A stretch of DNA of 64,000 nt from Bryobacterales bacterium. GTDB lineage: Bacteria > Acidobacteriota > Terriglobia > Bryobacterales > UBA6623. The DNA is taken from positions 149,511 through 213,510 of the forward strand of contig CBDDCT010000001.1 of assembly GCA_965226185.1 (NCBI GenBank), read 5' to 3'. Made by a program: the position numbers and the translations under genes. Below the pieces are notes generated by a model. That model searched no databases, was not told where the DNA came from, and was given only the letters and a program-made list of their open reading frames with translations. This document shows, piece after piece, positions 54,059 to 62,741 of the stretch. Each line of letters opens with the position of its first letter. Position 1 is the stretch's first letter.

Positions 54059-56914
54059 TTAATCGGAACCGGCACGCGCCGCGGTTTTGGCTGGGCTAGC
54101 CTCGGCGCCTTCCTGACCTGATTCGGGGATGCCTGCCGCTAAGCCTGACGCAGACTGCTTGCTCCCGGGAATTAGAAGTTCCAAACCTTCCGCCCCCATC
54201 GAGATTTCCACGTCGGGGATGGAGGAAACCTCTAGGACCAAACGAGCTACCGGGGGGTGCGATTGGCTTTGCTCGATTCGGATTCGATTCACCTCGGGAT
54301 GCGAAACGGACAATGTGCGCTGATCTTTGGGTACGGCAACGATAGCGTTCGAAATATCGAGAACAATCCGGGCGGGGTTTTCGATGTGGAAAGTTTTGTA
54401 CCTCTTGGGGTGAAGCGAAGGAAACAAAATACGAAGCGAAGTTCCGTCATCGGAAACTTGCAGCGCGGTCAAGGTCTCGACCGGCTCGGGCGAGTTGCTT
54501 GCCGCGCCGGCCTCGGCAGTCATAAAATCCGCGCTCTCCCGTGCTGGCTGGGCCTCTGAAGAGGCCGCCGGCGGCTGTGGAAAGCCGCTGACAGAGGCGG
54601 CGCCGGCTGGAACTTCGGGTTCTGGCGCTGTCGAGGCTTCCGCTGCGTCCGCGGAAGCCGGTTTCGCCTGTTCGCTTTGGGCGGCTCCAGACTCAGAGGA
54701 TTCACCGGACGTGTCTTGGACTGGCTCCAAAGCGGAATCCGAGGAGTTGTCCGCGAGCGTCACCTCAGGTTCGATCTCTCGCGTCACGCCCAAATCCAGC
54801 GCCGCGGCCCGTGCAAACAACAATTCCGCTGCCAAGTAATCCTCTTGGGTGAGAGTGTCGCCGCCAGCGGACGGCTGATCGAGCGCCGGCCCGGGCTGTC
54901 CGACATCGGTATTCAGGGCCGCCTGATCCGGTCCGGCCACCAGGTCGGTCGCCTCGGTATCGTCTTCCAAGTCTTCCAGCCCGGCGTTTGGCGGAAGCGG
55001 ATCGGCTGGTTTCGAAACAGTTCCCTGGTAAGCCTCGTTGACGGAAATATTGTTGGCGGTCAGCGCTTGACCGGTTACGCGCGCCAGCTCCACTCGGCTC
55101 TTGACGTAATTGTTCTGGGAGGTGATTTCGCCTGAACGAGCCAAGGCCAGATCCCTTTGTGCCTGAACGACAAGGAAAATGGTCGATACGCCGAGATCAA
55201 ACTTTCTTTGTTCGGCGTGAAGGGTCTTTTCTTGCAAAATCCGGGTTTGCCGCGCCGCCCGATAAATCGCGCGTGTTTGTTGCACGCCAATGACCGCGTT
55301 ATTGACCTCGGCGCGAATCGCATTTTCCTGCTGACGCAAGCGGATCTGGGCTTGACGTCGCTCGAGCAGCGTCGCGGTCATGTCGGCTTGAGCGCGGCGG
55401 TTTTTCAGAGGGATCGTCATCTGTATGCCGATCGAATAGTCCGGAAAATTGCGCCGGAAGAGCTGTGTCACGCTCGTGCCCAGCCCCCCTAGAAAGAATC
55501 CCGAGACAGCATTGTTTTGACCAGGCAAGCCGTTGAAATCGTTATTGATTTGGCCGGCAAGCCCGTTGTTGGTTACATCGGCCACAAGATCCACCTGGGG
55601 AAGCATGGCGTTGCGAATACCCTTGAGCGAGATGTCGCGGTTATGCATCTGTATGCGCGACTGGGTCATTTCGGGCCGTGAGCGCAAGGCCAAAGTCATC
55701 AAGTCTTGAATCGGCTGGATCTGTTCTTTCTCGGGAACTTGAATCGTGTCGGTCGGCACGATCTCGACAAGCAGCAAGGAGGGACTAGCCAAGCCGTTCG
55801 TGCTGATGGCGTTCTTCAGCAATGTTTCCTGCAGTTGGACCCTTGTGACCGCCAGCGCCAGATCTTGCTCCCGGGACGCCACTTCGGCTTCCGCGCGGAC
55901 GATCTCGATCGGCGCCAAGGTGCCGATTTCCACGCGGCGCTTGTTGTCCTGATAGAGCCTTTTGGAGAGGCGCAGGTCTTCCTCCCGTCCTTCAACATCC
56001 GCCCGGAAACTGACCAGATCCCAGTAAAGGTTCTCGACCCGCGTAGTGGTCTCGACCACCTGTTGCTCGAAGGCGAGATCGGAAACTTCCCGGTTGTTCT
56101 TTGAAACGGTGATGTTGCGTGAGTTGACGGCCAAGCCGAATCCCTGCAACAGCCGCTGCCGGAAGCCAAAAGTGAGGTTGCTGCGCAGCGAAGGATTGAA
56201 GTTCGCCCGCTGGGAGTTGGTCTCCGACAGGCGGTTCGCCCAAGTTAGAGACAGGCTGGAACCCGTTAGGAAGTTTTTGCGAAAGGCGAGGCTAGAGTTG
56301 CTGGTCTCATTGATAAACGTATTGGTGCCGGTTACGAAGTTGCTTGTTTGCGGGTTGCTGAAGTGTCCCCAATCGATCCCCCCCGTGAGGGTCGGATCGA
56401 GATTCGGAACATTCGTGCCGAAGAAGCTGCTGGCATCGCCAACTGCCGCAACTCCGCCCCCCGCGCCTCCGGCTCGGCCGGTGATTCCCGTGGCGTCGCC
56501 GCCGCGCCCGCCTCCACCCCCGCCCGCGACCGAAGTAGCTGTGGACAGATTGGTGATCTGGGTCTGCACGCCGCGGAGCTGCGCGCCCGACTTGGCGCGC
56601 AGAATGTCGGTGTCGGCCAGCTTCGGCCCGTAGCGCGCCGAGGCGATGTCCAAGTTGTTTTCGATCGCCAGGGCGAGCGCGTCGTTCAATGACAGATAGA
56701 GCCTGCCGCCCGCGATCAATTGGTCGAGCCGCGGCGAGTTGGCCATGTTGGGTTCGCCAACGACAGGATTCTTGAACACCTTCGTGAAGTTGGGCCAAGC
56801 CTGGATGCCGTCGCTGTAGTCCGTGCCCGACTGCAGCTTGAACTGCGACAGGCCCTGCGACTGCACCGCCATCAGGCCGGCCAACACGAAAACGATTCGT
56901 TTTTTGGCTCTCAT
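54059..56914 (-). CDS. TolC-family outer-membrane efflux protein fused through a long acidic/Ala-Ser-Pro linker to a C-terminal AMIN domain
   Basis: 951 aa; signal peptide; OEP/TolC repeats in about the first 600 aa, including a Gly-rich insert; last part (about 54164-54469) reads NPARIVLDISNA...VNRIRIEQ...VARLVLEV, the AMIN pattern. Confidence 0.8.
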   Translation of the reverse strand: MRAKKRIVFVLAGLMAVQSQGLSQFKLQSGTDYSDGIQAWPNFTKVFKNPVVGEPNMANSPRLDQLIAGGRLYLSLNDALALAIENNLDIASARYGPKLADTDILRAKSGAQLRGVQTQITNLSTATSVAGGGGGGRGGDATGITGRAGGAGGGVAAVGDASSFFGTNVPNLDPTLTGGIDWGHFSNPQTSNFVTGTNTFINETSNSSLAFRKNFLTGSSLSLTWANRLSETNSQRANFNPSLRSNLTFGFRQRLLQGFGLAVNSRNITVSKNNREVSDLAFEQQVVETTTRVENLYWDLVSFRADVEGREEDLRLSKRLYQDNKRRVEIGTLAPIEIVRAEAEVASREQDLALAVTRVQLQETLLKNAISTNGLASPSLLLVEIVPTDTIQVPEKEQIQPIQDLMTLALRSRPEMTQSRIQMHNRDISLKGIRNAMLPQVDLVADVTNNGLAGQINNDFNGLPGQNNAVSGFFLGGLGTSVTQLFRRNFPDYSIGIQMTIPLKNRRAQADMTATLLERRQAQIRLRQQENAIRAEVNNAVIGVQQTRAIYRAARQTRILQEKTLHAEQRKFDLGVSTIFLVVQAQRDLALARSGEITSQNNYVKSRVELARVTGQALTANNISVNEAYQGTVSKPADPLPPNAGLEDLEDDTEATDLVAGPDQAALNTDVGQPGPALDQPSAGGDTLTQEDYLAAELLFARAAALDLGVTREIEPEVTLADNSSDSALEPVQDTSGESSESGAAQSEQAKPASADAAEASTAPEPEVPAGAASVSGFPQPPAASSEAQPARESADFMTAEAGAASNSPEPVETLTALQVSDDGTSLRILFPSLHPKRYKTFHIENPARIVLDISNAIVAVPKDQRTLSVSHPEVNRIRIEQSQSHPPVARLVLEVSSIPDVEISMGAEGLELLIPGSKQSASGLAAGIPESGQEGAEASPAKTAARAGSD

Positions 56915-57383
56915 TTGTACTCTCTCCCGTAAACGACGTTTTGGAACCTAACCGGCGTGCTTAGGCCAAGTAGCGCCTACGCCACTTCCCGCGCCCGAAA
57001 AGGAGTTTTCGCGGGACTGCCCTACTACTCCTCTGGCGTGCATCTCGAGACGTCGGTTACCGAGATGCCGCCGCTGCCCCACGCGGAGCGCGGCTGCAAA
57101 CACAACGTCATTTACCAATGATAGCGAGGTGTTCGCGCATCAGATCCCGCGGTCCGAAACTTTGAGCGCGGACTCCCGTCCACGGCCTCGAGTTTGGCCT
57201 TTGACTAGATAGATTCCCACAACAGAGCGAGACGGCGGAGCTGGAAGAGCAGAAGTGCTTGCTTTTCTGAAACATTTTGTTGTATTCTTGTATCTAGTTG
57301 TATAACTAGAGTAAGGACGCGCCACCCCTCGCTTCTCGCTTTCCCGTTCCGGGTGGACGCCCCTGGAAAGGTAAGGTGCTCCC

Positions 57384-57668
57384 ATGGGATTCCCCACGAA
57401 AGTCCAACTCATCAAACGTCAAACCTCCCAGCAGTGGTACGTCAACTTTCCCTCCGCCCTCGCCCAGGCCATGGAGTTCTCCCGCGGCGAACTCGTCGAG
57501 TGGATCGTTGAAAGTAAAAATCAGCTCGTCCTCAACCGTCCCCAGGCGCCGCCTTCGGCTTTAAAAAAAACTCTGCGCCGCGGCTCCTCGACGCCTTCCA
57601 AGCCTTCGCCCGCGAAGCCTTCGACGGAGCTGGCCAGCAGCGCGTCCAGCAGAAAATCGAAACCCTGA
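57384..57668 (+). CDS. IS OrfA: small AbrB/SpoVT-like putative DNA-binding protein
   Basis: 94 aa; ATG after GGAAAGGTAAGG; FPSALAQAMEFSRGELVEWIVESKNQLVL pattern; contains the A8 slippery run at 57563-57570. Confidence 0.5.
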   Translation: MGFPTKVQLIKRQTSQQWYVNFPSALAQAMEFSRGELVEWIVESKNQLVLNRPQAPPSALKKTLRRGSSTPSKPSPAKPSTELASSASSRKSKP

Positions 57669-59023
57669 TGCTGGCCACTTTGGTCGGTCTGGGCCGCCGC
57701 ACCGTCACCGGCATGCTGCACACCTGCGGCGCCAGCTTCCGGGACTGGTCGGCTGTCTATCGCCTGTTTTCTAAAGTTCGTCTCGACGCCGACCCGTTGT
57801 TTGCGGTGACGCGCCGCGGCGTGCTCGGAGAACTCGATCCCGCCGCGCCGCTGCTCGTCGCCATGGACGATTCGCTGCTGCCCAAACGAGGCCCCAAAAT
57901 CCCCGGTGTCGCCTGGCGCCGCGATCCGCTGGGACCGCCCTTTCACACCAACTTCATCCGCGCCCAGCGCGTATTGGGGATCTCGGCCGTGCTGGGCGCC
58001 GACGAGCGCGGCCCGGCCCGCGCCATCCCCATCGACTATCAACACGCGCCCACGCCGCGGCGGCCCCGCAACTTTCACAACGCCTCCGACGAAGTACGCA
58101 AACAGTATCGGCAGGCCTGCCGCAAAGACTCGATGGCGGCCCAAGGCGCCCGCCGGCTGCAGGTTCTCCGCGAGCAGTTGGACCAAGACTCGGGCTCGGC
58201 CGGGCGCGCGCTCGAGGTCGTCGTCGACGGCCGCTTCACCAACCGCGTGGTGTTGCGGCAGCTGCCCCCCAACACGGTTTTGATCGGACGCCTGCGCAAA
58301 GACGCCAAACTCTACCAGCTGCCCGCGCCGCCGCCCGCGGGCGCCCGCGGCCGCGGACGGCTCTACGGCGAGCGCGCCGCGACGCCGGAGCAGTTGCGGC
58401 GTGACGACAATGTGGAGTGGCAAATCGTCGAAGCCTGGGCGGCAGGCAAGCTCCACCGCTTTCGTGTCAAGACGCTGTCGCCGCTGCGCTGGCGGCCGGC
58501 CGGCGGCCAGCGCAATCTGCGCTTGGTGGTGATCGCGCCGCTGGCCTACCGGCCGCGCCCGGGCGCCAAGCTGCTCTATCGCCAGCCGGCTTATCTGATC
58601 GTCAGCGACCCGCAGCTGCCACTCGCACGCATCGTGCAGCATTACGTGCGGCGCTGGGACATCGAGGTGAATTTTCGCGACGAGAAGACGCTGCTCGGAG
58701 TGGGCGAGGCGCAGGTACGGCATCCGCGCTCGGTGGGGGAGCTGCCACGCATGATCGTGGCGGCGTACAGTTGGTTGTTGCTGGCAGCGCGGCGCGCCGC
58801 CGAAGCGCAGGCTTCCCCCGACGCTTTGCCGCCGCCGAAGTGGCGGGCGGGCAACAAGAAGCCGCGGGCGACGACGCAGGATCTGCTGCAGCGACTGCAC
58901 GCCGAGCTATGGGGCGAAGGCCTGCGGCATTTCTGCAGCTTTCCCTCCGCCGGCGACACCGCCATGAAGCCCCAGAAACTCCAGCAGTCGCTTCCCGAAG
59001 CCCTGTTATATGCTTGCCGTTAG
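57518..59023 (+). CDS. IS DDE transposase frame (OrfB; probably expressed as an OrfAB fusion by -1 frameshift, or from ATG 57668)
   Basis: Frame open from 57518; ...LLDAFQAFAREAF...LVGLGRRTVTG...; C-terminal YVRRWDIEVNFRDEKTLLGVGEAQVR block typical of IS4/IS701-type DDE enzymes. Confidence 0.75.
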   Translation, partial: KSARPQPSPGAAFGFKKNSAPRLLDAFQAFAREAFDGAGQQRVQQKIETLMLATLVGLGRRTVTGMLHTCGASFRDWSAVYRLFSKVRLDADPLFAVTRRGVLGELDPAAPLLVAMDDSLLPKRGPKIPGVAWRRDPLGPPFHTNFIRAQRVLGISAVLGADERGPARAIPIDYQHAPTPRRPRNFHNASDEVRKQYRQACRKDSMAAQGARRLQVLREQLDQDSGSAGRALEVVVDGRFTNRVVLRQLPPNTVLIGRLRKDAKLYQLPAPPPAGARGRGRLYGERAATPEQLRRDDNVEWQIVEAWAAGKLHRFRVKTLSPLRWRPAGGQRNLRLVVIAPLAYRPRPGAKLLYRQPAYLIVSDPQLPLARIVQHYVRRWDIEVNFRDEKTLLGVGEAQVRHPRSVGELPRMIVAAYSWLLLAARRAAEAQASPDALPPPKWRAGNKKPRATTQDLLQRLHAELWGEGLRHFCSFPSAGDTAMKPQKLQQSLPEALLYACR

Positions 59024-59077
59024 CGTTTTCACCGCACATCACCCGCCCGCCCACTCCCGCAAAGGCCAAACTCGAGC

Positions 59078-59100
59078 CGCGGGTCTCTCCGAGACCCGCG
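59078..59100. terminator. perfect 10-bp hairpin CGCGGGTCTC-TCC-GAGACCCGCG
   Basis: Read directly; lies between the transposase stop (59023) and the convergent NHL gene stop (59137); no U-tract. Confidence 0.3.
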
Positions 59101-59136
59101 CTACAGGAGATTTGAGAGGGAGACGCCGGTCGCAGC

Positions 59137-60165
59137 CTAGCGCGAACTCGCCACCCGAACATACTTGTGAAGCGGTGGGCAGTTGGGCGGCCCCAGACCA
59201 TGCTTGCCGGCGGCGGACCAGACGACTTCGCCGACGTACAGACTGCCGTCCGAATCGATCCAGATGTCATGCGGCGCCAGGAAATCGCCCGGGGTTCCGG
59301 GGTTGTCGCCGCCGCCCCAGCGGGCTTGTAACTCGCCATCCAAGTTGAAAATGCTGACGCGGCCTCCGGCTGGGTTCGGTCCCGCTTCGAGCCAGGGGAA
59401 AAGTCCAATCTTCTTTCCAACCTCGGCCACGAACACCGTGTCTTCGGGATCAATGAACACCTGCATGGGCCGGGACAGGTCCGTCCATTCGGTGATGAAT
59501 TCTCCGTTGGGCTGGAAGATCTGGATGCGGCTGTTTTCACGATCGGCGACGTAGACTCGTCCGTTGCTGTCGAGCGCAATCCCATGCGGCAGATTGAACT
59601 GGCCCGGCCCCTCGCCAGGCTCACCCCAGGAAAACAGCAATTCTCCCTCCGCCGAAAACTTGTGGACTCGGGCGTTGCCGTATCCGTCGGTAATGTAGAG
59701 TGACCCCTCGGCGTCGAGCGCTACGTTCGTGGGGTAGTGAAACGGGGGGCCGCCATGAGTCACCTGGCGGTAATCGAAATCCGTCATGCCGGTGTCGCTG
59801 TGTTCACCGCTAGTCCCGAGGGTCATCAAGAGCTCGCCCTCGGGCGTACATTTCCTGACTGTGTGATCGCGGTCATCGGTCAAGTACAGCGTGTCGTCAG
59901 GAGCGATGTGCAGCCCGTGAGCCCGATTGAAATCCCCTTCCCCCCACGACCGCAGGAATTTCCCGCCGCGGTCGAAGACAATCATCGGATGCTCGCCGCG
60001 ATTGAAGACGTGGACCTGTCCTTGCGAATCGGTCGCGATGCCGGCCACTTCGACGAAGCTCCAGCCCTCGGGAAGTTGTTCCCAACCGGGGACCGGCTGG
60101 TATTGGAATTTACCGCTGCCAACGATGGGGAGTTCAGTACTGGCCGATGCTTCCATGGGTGTCAC
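59137..60165 (-). CDS. NHL-repeat beta-propeller protein (peptidyl-alpha-hydroxyglycine lyase-like)
   Basis: 342 aa; repeated ...G.F..PHG(I/L)A.D..G..YV.D..N.R(I/V)..F blades. Confidence 0.8.
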   Translation of the reverse strand: MTPMEASASTELPIVGSGKFQYQPVPGWEQLPEGWSFVEVAGIATDSQGQVHVFNRGEHPMIVFDRGGKFLRSWGEGDFNRAHGLHIAPDDTLYLTDDRDHTVRKCTPEGELLMTLGTSGEHSDTGMTDFDYRQVTHGGPPFHYPTNVALDAEGSLYITDGYGNARVHKFSAEGELLFSWGEPGEGPGQFNLPHGIALDSNGRVYVADRENSRIQIFQPNGEFITEWTDLSRPMQVFIDPEDTVFVAEVGKKIGLFPWLEAGPNPAGGRVSIFNLDGELQARWGGGDNPGTPGDFLAPHDIWIDSDGSLYVGEVVWSAAGKHGLGPPNCPPLHKYVRVASSR

Positions 60166-60203
60166 CTATTGCCCTCAGGCGTGTGGGCGCCAGGGCCGGT
60201 CAT

Positions 60204-60252
60204 GTTTGCGCGATCCGGTTTGCGCGATCCGGTTTGCGCGATCCGGTTTGCC
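60204..60252 (+). repeat. 14-bp tandem repeat GTTTGCGCGATCCG x3.5
   Basis: Units at 60204, 60218, 60232 and a partial one at 60246; in the 117-nt spacer between the PTE-like stop and the NHL gene start. Confidence 0.9.
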
Positions 60253-60282
60253 GTGACCCGATGACGCGGGACACAGAGACCT

Positions 60283-61290
60283 TCAATGAGAGCCACTCAA
60301 CGCTCGCATGGGATTGATTTCGATGAGCTGTCCTGCATCGGCTTCGCTGAAGCCCGCTCTCTCCAAGGCAGGCAGAAAATCCGTGAATAAGTATTTGTAG
60401 CCGCGGAAATTGCCCCCGCCGGGCTCGCCCGGCCGGTACCAGCCTGCATCCTGCGAGATTAGCACGCGGCCGAGCAGTCCGGCATCCGCCATCACTTGAA
60501 CACACTCTAAGTGCCAATCAAGGGTGGATGGCCGAATCCCGTCGAATTCCACCCACATCCCTTCTCGGGCGAGTTGCCGGTGAAGGCTGTGATCTTTTTC
60601 GTTCTGGGCGTGGACCCAAATGAATCTAGACGGAGACGCCCCAGCCGACTCCAAGATTCCAAGTTGCGCCAGCGCCGCGGCTCCCGATCCGGTGTGGGAA
60701 GCGACGGTTAGCCGGGTCGCTTTGTGGGCAAGAACCGCGGCCAGTACCAGCTTTTGTTCGATCTCCGGCAAAGGGACATCCTGATTCACGCCCGTCTTGA
60801 TGATACCGGGCCGAATTCCCGTCGATTGAATTCCTTCATCGTATTCTCGGATGTAGCCCTCCGCAAGCTGCTGGGCGCCTTGTTCGCGGGCGTATTGTGG
60901 AATGAACTTCTGTTTGGCGGCGCCGTAGATCCCCGTCGCCGCGACGATCCTGATGTTCGATGTCTTCGATAGGCGCCGCAGCACATTGGGGTCGCGGCCT
61001 ATATGGATCGGAGTCGGCTCCACAAGGCAGCGGCAGCCGGCTTGATGCAGCTCTCGCAGATAGGGCAGCACGGCTTCGTACGCTTTATCGGGGTCATAGT
61101 CTCCTGGTCTTCGGTCGGAAGGCGGCCGAAGGTCCGTCACAATGTGCTCGTGCATCAGCGTCGGCCCAAGGTCCGGCGCGGGCCCGGTCACGGTTTGCAC
61201 CTGCCGGCCGATTTCCGCGGCGGATCCCCGCCAACGGCAAGCCGTCCAGCTTCCCGCGAGACAATGTAAGACTGAACGCCGGGTCATCAT
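60283..61290 (-). CDS. phosphotriesterase-family (PTER/lactonase-like) amidohydrolase with Tat-like signal
   Basis: ORF track extends to 61905. I start at MMTRRSVLHCLAGS (61290); LMHEHIV metal motif, HTGS, VHAQ blocks. Confidence 0.8.
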   Translation of the reverse strand: MMTRRSVLHCLAGSWTACRWRGSAAEIGRQVQTVTGPAPDLGPTLMHEHIVTDLRPPSDRRPGDYDPDKAYEAVLPYLRELHQAGCRCLVEPTPIHIGRDPNVLRRLSKTSNIRIVAATGIYGAAKQKFIPQYAREQGAQQLAEGYIREYDEGIQSTGIRPGIIKTGVNQDVPLPEIEQKLVLAAVLAHKATRLTVASHTGSGAAALAQLGILESAGASPSRFIWVHAQNEKDHSLHRQLAREGMWVEFDGIRPSTLDWHLECVQVMADAGLLGRVLISQDAGWYRPGEPGGGNFRGYKYLFTDFLPALERAGFSEADAGQLIEINPMRALSGSH

Positions 61291-61440
61291 CACTGCCGGA
61301 GCGGCCCCTAGCATGGACCGCCTGCCGTTGACATCATACCGCCTCATGAAACAGCTCGGTCTTGATTTCGCCTCGTAGCAGGCCATCGCCGGAATCTGGG
61401 CGTTGAGGAAGCAGGGTCGGAGCGGTCTGCGACCAATCGG

Positions 61441-61629
61441 CTGAGCAGCGCCGAGCCGGCGCCGGCCGACAGCGGACATTTTCTGGCGTTCATTCATAAT
61501 GGCAAGCGGCGGCACTCGGCGCTGGGTTATCGCCCGCCCGAGGCGTTTGAGGCGGCCTTCGCGGCCGAGCAGGCGGCAGCGGCGCCGGTTGGCGATGGTC
61601 TGGCAGTTGGCGATGCCCTGCGAGTTTGA
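61441..61629 (+). pseudogene. 3' remnant of an IS3-family (rve) transposase gene
   Basis: Frame ending at TGA 61627-61629 reads ...FLAFIHNGKRRHSALGYRPPEAFEAAF..., the Y/F.N..R.HSALGY..P..FE tail of IS3 OrfB; nothing recognisable upstream. Confidence 0.45.
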
Positions 61630-61949
61630 GGTATGAGTTTTCAAGGCATGAGCAGATCTATCGATCCGATGGGGTGATCCGATGGGGCGAAGGACAAGGC
61701 GGGATACGGCCATCGAGCCGCACCCCGCACCCATCGGATCGATGAGTCTGGGGTACTCCTTTCCGGTCGGGCCTAAGAATGACAGCCCATCCCCGAAGCA
61801 GAAAAAAACCGCGCCGGGCTCTGCTTCCAAGGGGATTTGAAGATTAATTTGGCCATCTGACACGAACCACAGGGCTGCCTCCTCTTCACCAACCAAGACC
61901 CGCACGTCACAGAGGCGGCCGGGTAGTATTCCGCCGCCGCGGCGGCATT

Positions 61950-62185
61950 GGGCGCCGCCACCGCTGTCAGGTTCACGATTTTACCCGGCGCGGTCTCCAC
62001 CTTGGCGGAATCCACCAGCCCGTAGCCGCGCACCCACACGCTATAGTTCGCGTCTGGAAGGTCGGGCAGTACGTAGCGCCCGCGATCATCAGTGACGGCG
62101 ATCTTGACAAATTTCGTGGCCAGTGGTCGTTTCCGCGATCACCCAGACCCCCGCCTCCGGTCCCTTCGTACTGCCGACGACCCCC
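61950..62185 (-). pseudogene. frameshifted fragment of a carboxypeptidase-regulatory-like/cytochrome c-type secreted protein
   Basis: ...TKGPEAGVWVIAET in one frame, then ATKFVKIAVTDDRGRYVLPDLPDANYSVWVRGYGLVDSAKVETAPGKIVNLTAVAAPNAAAAAEYYPAA in another; no N-terminus and no C-terminal continuation. Confidence 0.5.
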
Positions 62186-62560
62186 TCAGAAGGCCACGCT
62201 GTAACTCAGGCCGGGGTCTCTGCCCCGGATGAACAGGAAGGAAATAGTGTGACTCTTGAGCGAGGTGTTGAACGTGGGATGAACATGAACTCCGTCAAAG
62301 ATCACGAGCGACGTGACGGTTTCGGAGAAGCCGATGTTGAGTCCGCCAATGGCGCGCATTTTCCCCTTGTAGGTTCCGTAAACAACGCCGCCATAGGGGG
62401 CGATCGGCAGACCCGTCTCGCGTTTCAGATTCTTGCTGAAGGTGGCGTAGAAGGCCTGTCCGGACGGCGTGCCGATTCGGTCTGAACTGGTGCCCAAGAT
62501 CAGCGCCGGACGATTCCTCGTCTCCCGAATAGCAAGGAGATTCGCGAGGGGGCTCACCAT
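62186..62560 (-). pseudogene. C-terminal part of a putative outer-membrane beta-barrel protein, no usable start
   Basis: Ends ...DPGLSYSVAF (terminal Phe beta-signal). The frame is open up to 62839 but has no ATG/GTG/TTG before 62560 and no signal peptide. Confidence 0.35.
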
Positions 62561-62741
62561 GCCGGCCCGCGAGTTGTATTCCAGTCCGGTGGAGAATCGC
62601 GGCGTGAGCCAATAGGTCAGCGTCGTGCGCAGGCTGGCGCGATCGATCTGATTCGCCGCCCAGCGAGACCCGAAGGTCCAGCGTTTTTCAAGTTCGTGAC
62701 CCGCCCCGCTGACCGCGCGGCCTTCTCCCCGGTCAAGTCGG

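Larger units (their letters stand above)
57160..59110 (+). mobile_element. IS4/IS701-like insertion sequence (outer ends approximate)
   Basis: 17-bp perfect inverted core: CTCGAGTTTGGCCTTTG (57187-57203) versus CAAAGGCCAAACTCGAG (59060-59076), with weaker similarity extending outward. Confidence 0.6.

Noticed and set aside
56948-56956. CTAACCGGC 9-mer identical to the start of the MITE-like arm at 50911
   Set aside because: A single 9-mer match is expected by chance in 64 kb on two strands, and the ATTTCTCA core does not follow it.
57521-59624. 459-aa and 340-aa ORFs on the minus strand (57521-58900, 58602-59624)
   Set aside because: Antisense to the IS transposase and out of frame across the NHL gene; Arg/Ala/Pro-rich artefacts.
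61291-61905. N-terminal 205-codon extension of the phosphotriesterase-like ORF
   Set aside because: The extension has no signal or domain logic and runs across unrelated gene fragments. A Tat-like start MMTRRSVL at 61290 gives the normal family length of about 335 aa.
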